A stretch of 63,384 bases of DNA from Gekko japonicus. Taxonomy: Eukaryota. Location of the stretch: NCBI RefSeq assembly GCF_001447785.1, contig NW_015167526.1:1014423-1077806 (forward strand), read 5' to 3'. The translations under genes were made by a program, and so were the position numbers. The notes beneath the pieces were generated by a model. It was not told the origin of the DNA, ran no database searches, and was given only the letters and a program-made list of their open reading frames with translations. Shown here piece by piece: positions 58,991 through 63,384 of this stretch. Within the stretch, counting starts at the first letter, position 1. Each line of letters begins with the position of its first letter.

Positions 58991-59590
58991 TCATCTGTCT
59001 TCACCATCAAGTGTTTGAGTCACATGCAACTCTTCTGCAGACCAGCAAAATGAAATGGGACGTTAGCCCGACAGGATAGAAGTTGCTTCCAGGGAGACAG
59101 AAGAAGGGGGTCTCTTGTTGGGTCTAGTCTATCAGAGCTTTTTAGTTCAAAATTATCTCTTTCTTTTTTAAAAAAAAAGTTATAATTTTTATTTAAGAAT
59201 TGAATAACAATACAGGGTAAGTACAACAAAAATCTGCAGATGAAGTACAAAAATAGGTTAGCAAAAACATTAATGCTTAACTATGTCCAGGCTGAAGACG
59301 CCAAAGAACTATATTACACACTACAAAACATCTCTTAAGGCAACAATCGTATAATAAATACATATCTTTATAGGCAAATTTTAAATCATTGTTCTGAAAG
59401 TAACCAGATATTATCTTAGATCTAAGCCAAATAATGTTTCAGGTTCAAGTTTCAAAAGTATATAATTGATTTGTATAAAGGATTTGCTGGAATTACATCA
59501 GATTCAACCATATAGTTGATGAGTGAATACCAGGATGCTATACATTTGTCTTCAAATTTGCTGGAGGATAGACTGAGTGTGCCAAGTGAT

Positions 59591-59988
59591 CAGGGGTCAT
59601 TTCGTAGAAAAAGAGGTGCAGGAGCTCATTAGCATAACTCATTAGCATGACTTATTTGCATATGTCACACCCCCTGACATCACCGGAAGTGTGTCAGAAG
59701 GCAACAGTGGACTGTTTTAGATTGCTAGCTATTGGAGGGGGGGGGACGAGCAGATCTGTCCTCGCAGAGGAGGGAGAGCTTGTACCTGAACAAAACTTGG
59801 TCTTAATGGTGCCCCTGGACTGTTTTGGGCTGGGGGGCCGGGGGGAGCTCTGCAACTTACCTGGCTGCTTCTTGCTCTGACTGAGGGCTGCTGGGAGCAG
59901 GGGGTGGGACTTGTTGCATGTGCCCGCCCCCTGGGTTCTTTACTGCCGGAGCTCCGCTCCTGTGCGCTCCTGCAAGGAATGACCCCTG
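59591..59988 (+). mobile_element. hAT MITE family C inside an L1-like relic (about 59180-60220, -)
   Basis: TSD CAAGTGAT; flanking peptide LLAIARNAIAAAW. Confidence 0.88.
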
Positions 59989-60354
59989 CAAGTGATATTT
60001 TTTACATAATGAAGTGGTCCCAAATACAATTTTGCCAGGATTTGGATCATGGGAGGAAGTCTGTCTAGCCATGCGGCGGCTATGGCATTTCTGGCTATGG
60101 CTAACAAAGTGTGGATCCGGACAGTCTTACTCTTGTAGCCCTGTGGATCTGACCAATTGTTCAGGAGTAGTGTTTCTGGTAAAAGAAAAGGCATATGTAT
60201 ATTTGTAAACAAGGAGATATGTTGTGATATTTGAGGCCAGAATGAATTATCTCTTTCGACAGGCCCTTGGTGGAAAGGCCCACGCCTCCCTGTGTGGGGC
60301 CCCTACACCTTCTGAGCGACCATTGACATTCACTCTCGTTTCGACATCCAACAG

Positions 60355-60515
60355 GGTGGTCAAGTTCCGTCGCACAGGGGAAAGTTCCCGGTCTGAGGAG
60401 GATGCCGTCTCGGGTGAGCACGAAGTCCAGATCGAGGGAGTCCAGACGGCGTTAGAGCGCGTGGAGCTGGAAGATGGCGGGACGGTGCCAAAGGAGTTTG
60501 CCAATCCAACGGACG
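60355..60515 (+). CDS. SVOP: SVOP exon 2
   Basis: [16 protein letters not shown]...PKEFANPTD; 161 nt. Confidence 0.96.
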
Positions 60516-60832
60516 GTGAGTGGAGGGTACCTGCAGCCAGGCTTGAGAAAGGAGCAAGATATTCAGTTGCTTTAAAAAAATGTATATAAAGGTGAAGATT
60601 TTGAATTTAGATCACAAGAAGTCCAGGAAGACTTTGTTCCGAGGAAGATATTAGCTCCTAACTGTAATGGTGGCTTAGAAAATGAATGGTGAGGAGAGAC
60701 AGTAGAAAAGAGCAAGAGTCAGAGGTCATTTCGGGGGGGGGATCGCGGGGGATCGCAGTTCCCCCGGGTGAGGTATGGGGGGGCGGGGCACATGATGAAG
60801 CCCCTCTTTTTCTATGAAACGACCCCTGGCAA

Positions 60833-60990
60833 GAGTCCAGTAGCACCTTAAAGACTAACAAAATATGTGGCAGGGTATCTGTAGAAGTGATGAGTGACTC
60901 ACAAAAGCTCTTCCCCTGCCACAAATTTTGTTAGTTTTTAAGGTTCTCCTGGACTCTGGCTCTAGTCTGCTACAGACAGACTAACACGGC
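60833..60990. mobile_element. Short palindromic Penelope-derived element
   Basis: GAGTCCAGTAGCACCTTAAAGACTAACAAAAT.../...ATTTTGTTAGTTTTTAAGGTTCTCCTGGACTC; central CTGTAGAAGTGA..TCACAAAAGCTC. Confidence 0.72.
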
Positions 60991-61199
60991 TGCCCATCTT
61001 GTGAGGAGGGACGTCTTGCCTGCACCACAAATCCCCTGGTGGCCTTGGGAAAGCCCCTGTTCCCCGGCCTCAGTTCTCCCATCTGCAATATGGGGCTCAT
61101 AATATTGTCCTATTGTCCAGGGCTGTCATAAGGATTACAGCAGCATATATGTGGACCTTTGAAAATGGTATACAAATGTTGCGTTTTTATTATCATGTG

Positions 61200-61482
61200 A
61201 GCTGGTTTTTGGTGTAGTGATTAAGTGCGCAGACTCTGATCTGGGAGAACTGGGTTTGATTCCCCACTCCTCCACGTGCACCTGACTGGATGACCTTGGG
61301 CAAGGCGTAGTTCTGATAAGAGCTGTCCTTGAAAAAGAGCCATTTCTGTCAAGAGCTCTCTCAGCCCCACCTACCTCACAGGGTGTCTGTTGTGGGGAGG
61401 GGAAGGGAAAGGAGCTTGTAAGCCACTCTGAGACTCCGAGTGAAGGGCGGGGTATAAATCCAATCTCTTCTTCTTCCTCCTC
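61200..61482 (+). mobile_element. Squam3-like SINE
   Basis: Full length. Confidence 0.88.
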
Positions 61483-61518
61483 TGGAGACACAACAACAGG
61501 GCACAGAGGCCGAGGCCT

Positions 61519-62358
61519 GAGAGCCAGTGTGGTGTAGTGGTTAAGTGTGCGGACTCTAATCCCCATATATACCCCCAAGAGCACTGCGATCGGGGAATCT
61601 CCATCGCCTGGAAATTCCAGGTCCCCGAGGAGTGAAGTTGGCCCAAACCAGGGCTAGGGCGTTTTCGGTGGCGGCTCCCACCTGGTAGAATGAGCTCCCG
61701 GAGGAGATCAGGGCCCTGCAGGACCTGGTGCAGTTCCGCAGGGCCTGCAAGACGGAGCTCTTCCGCCAGGCCTTTGAGGGGGAGCCGCCGCCGCCACTAT
61801 TCCACCAATGAGGGTCCAACCATCTACCTCATAGGGTATGGGTAGATGTCGCCCAACAGTGCCGGGGAACACCTCTCCTGGCGCTCATGCCCATGCTATG
61901 AAGAACTTGGCTGCCAGTGTGGGACGTCGCACATCTTGGTTTCATGTAGATTATCAGAGCACCAAATTTTTATGTAAGATACATTGTTTTATTATGCTGG
62001 ATTATACTGGGTTTGTTGTATGTATATTTTAACTTCGGCATGGCCGTCTGTTAGCCGCCCTGAGCTGTTGGATGGGGCGGGGTATAAATCCCAAAAATAA
62101 ATAAATAAATAATCTGGGAGAGCCGGGTTTGATTCCCCACTCCTCCACTTGCACCTGCTGGATGACCTTGGGCAAGCCATAGTTCTGATAAGAGCTGTTC
62201 TTCAAAGAGAGCAGTTTCTGAAGAGCTCTCTCAGCCCTGCCCACCTCACAGGGTGTCTGTTGTGGGGAAGGAAAGGGAGAGGAGTTTGTAAGCTGCTCTG
62301 AGACACCTTTGGGTAGTGAAGGGCGGGGGATAAATCCAATCTCTTCTTCTTCTTCTTC
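61519..62358 (+). mobile_element. Squam3-like SINE interrupted by an L2-like 3' fragment (about 61562-62110)
   Basis: The SINE breaks at CTAATC and resumes at TAATCTGGGAG after a (TAAA)n tail. Confidence 0.82.
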
Positions 62359-62455
62359 AATGTCAGCTTTGAACCTTTGAAATTTGGGTCTTCCGGCCTT
62401 CTACTGACCAGCTTTGGTTGGGCATTCAGTGTCCTTGTTCAGGTGATGCTCCAAC

Positions 62456-62662
62456 CAGTCTTCCCTCTCAGCTGAGTGAGTGTGGGCTCGCTCACAGTTT
62501 TTTTAGCCTCCGGCTCACACATTTCTGTCTTTGCTCAGGAAGGACAGCTCCAGAGCAAACTAATTTATGCAGCAGCCAAAACACCTGTTCACCACTTTAA
62601 TACCAGTAGCTCACAAAGTAGAATTTATGCTCACAGGACTCCCTAGCTTAGAGGGAGCAGTA
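62456..62662 (+). mobile_element. hAT MITE family A
   Basis: TSD GCTCCAAC. Confidence 0.88.
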
Positions 62663-62844
62663 GCTCCAACCTGTCCACCTGTTGCGGACTTCTGGGGGGG
62701 CCTTGATTCTGCGACGACTTGATGTCAGTGAGTGTGTAGAATCAATTAGCCAAGTACACCCTCGCTTCAGGCACGGAAGATTATTCGTAGCTGCTGTAGC
62801 AGGCAGCTCAACGCCCTTAACTAGAGTGTTTGATTCTTCTCCAG

Positions 62845-62930
62845 ATACTTTTATGGTGGAGGATGCGGTGGAAGCCATCGGATTTGGCAAGTTCCAGTGG
62901 AAGCTCTCCATCCTGACGGGCTTAGCATGG
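62845..62930 (+). CDS. SVOP: SVOP exon 3 (GC donor)
   Basis: [29 protein letters not shown]; ends TGG|GCAAGT. Confidence 0.93.
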
Positions 62931-63145
62931 GCAAGTAGAACAGACCAACGGTCAAAGTCAGGGCTGGGCTACGGATTGCGGGGTGTGGTGGGCCCCTCCC
63001 AGCCCTCCCAGCCCACCCACCCCCATGCTTCCTTGTCTCCCCAAGTAAATAAGGGGAGACCTTAACCCAAAAGAGAACTCCTCCCCCCCCATTCGTTCTC
63101 CAGCTGACGCTCCCGGTAACCGTTTCTTCCTTCCCGCTCTCCTAG

Positions 63146-63244
63146 ATGGCTGACGCCATGGAAATGATGATTCTGAGCATCTTAGCGCCCCAGCTTCATT
63201 GTGAGTGGCGATTACCCACCTGGCAGGTTGCATTGCTCACTTCG
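63146..63244 (+). CDS. SVOP: SVOP exon 4; gene continues beyond the window
   Basis: [33 protein letters not shown]; 99 nt; donor |GTAGGA. Confidence 0.96.
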
Positions 63245-63384
63245 GTAGGAAAATAGCAGACAGCACCTGTATTCTGTAAGGTTTTTTCGACTTCTTGCTG
63301 TAGGTTGTTCACAGAGCAAAAAAACCACCATTCATTCCAGCGAGTGCACTGGTTTGGGGACAGAGGCTGGGAACCTCTCTTGGT

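Overview
Vertebrate nuclear DNA from a squamate reptile, probably a gecko (inferred from Squam3-like and Sauria SINEs, BovB and CR1 families). The window holds the conserved UNG-ALKBH2-USP30-SVOP block. It contains the 5' end of UNG (-; exons 1A and 1B), complete ALKBH2 (+; 3 coding exons, 260 aa), complete USP30 (-; 13 exons, 502 aa) and the first four exons of SVOP (+). Exon boundaries were read by hand and join in phase. Much of the rest is transposable element sequence: young CR1 LINEs, BovB/RTE, L1, L2 and RTE-X relics, tRNA- and 5S-derived SINEs, several hAT MITE families with 8-bp TSDs, a Harbinger-like element, a solo LTR and Penelope-like relics. I cannot establish a new protein-coding system. 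The most notable unexplained structures are six or more long palindromic elements, some carrying minimal hammerhead-ribozyme cores; two different MITEs inserted at one identical 8-bp target; a duplicated in-frame splice donor in USP30; a triplicated SVOP promoter with CpG decay; stacked uORFs and a GC-AG intron in SVOP; and tails-out CR1 pairs. Repeat boundaries are approximate unless a TSD is quoted. Repeat family names and human comparisons come from recall, not from database searches.
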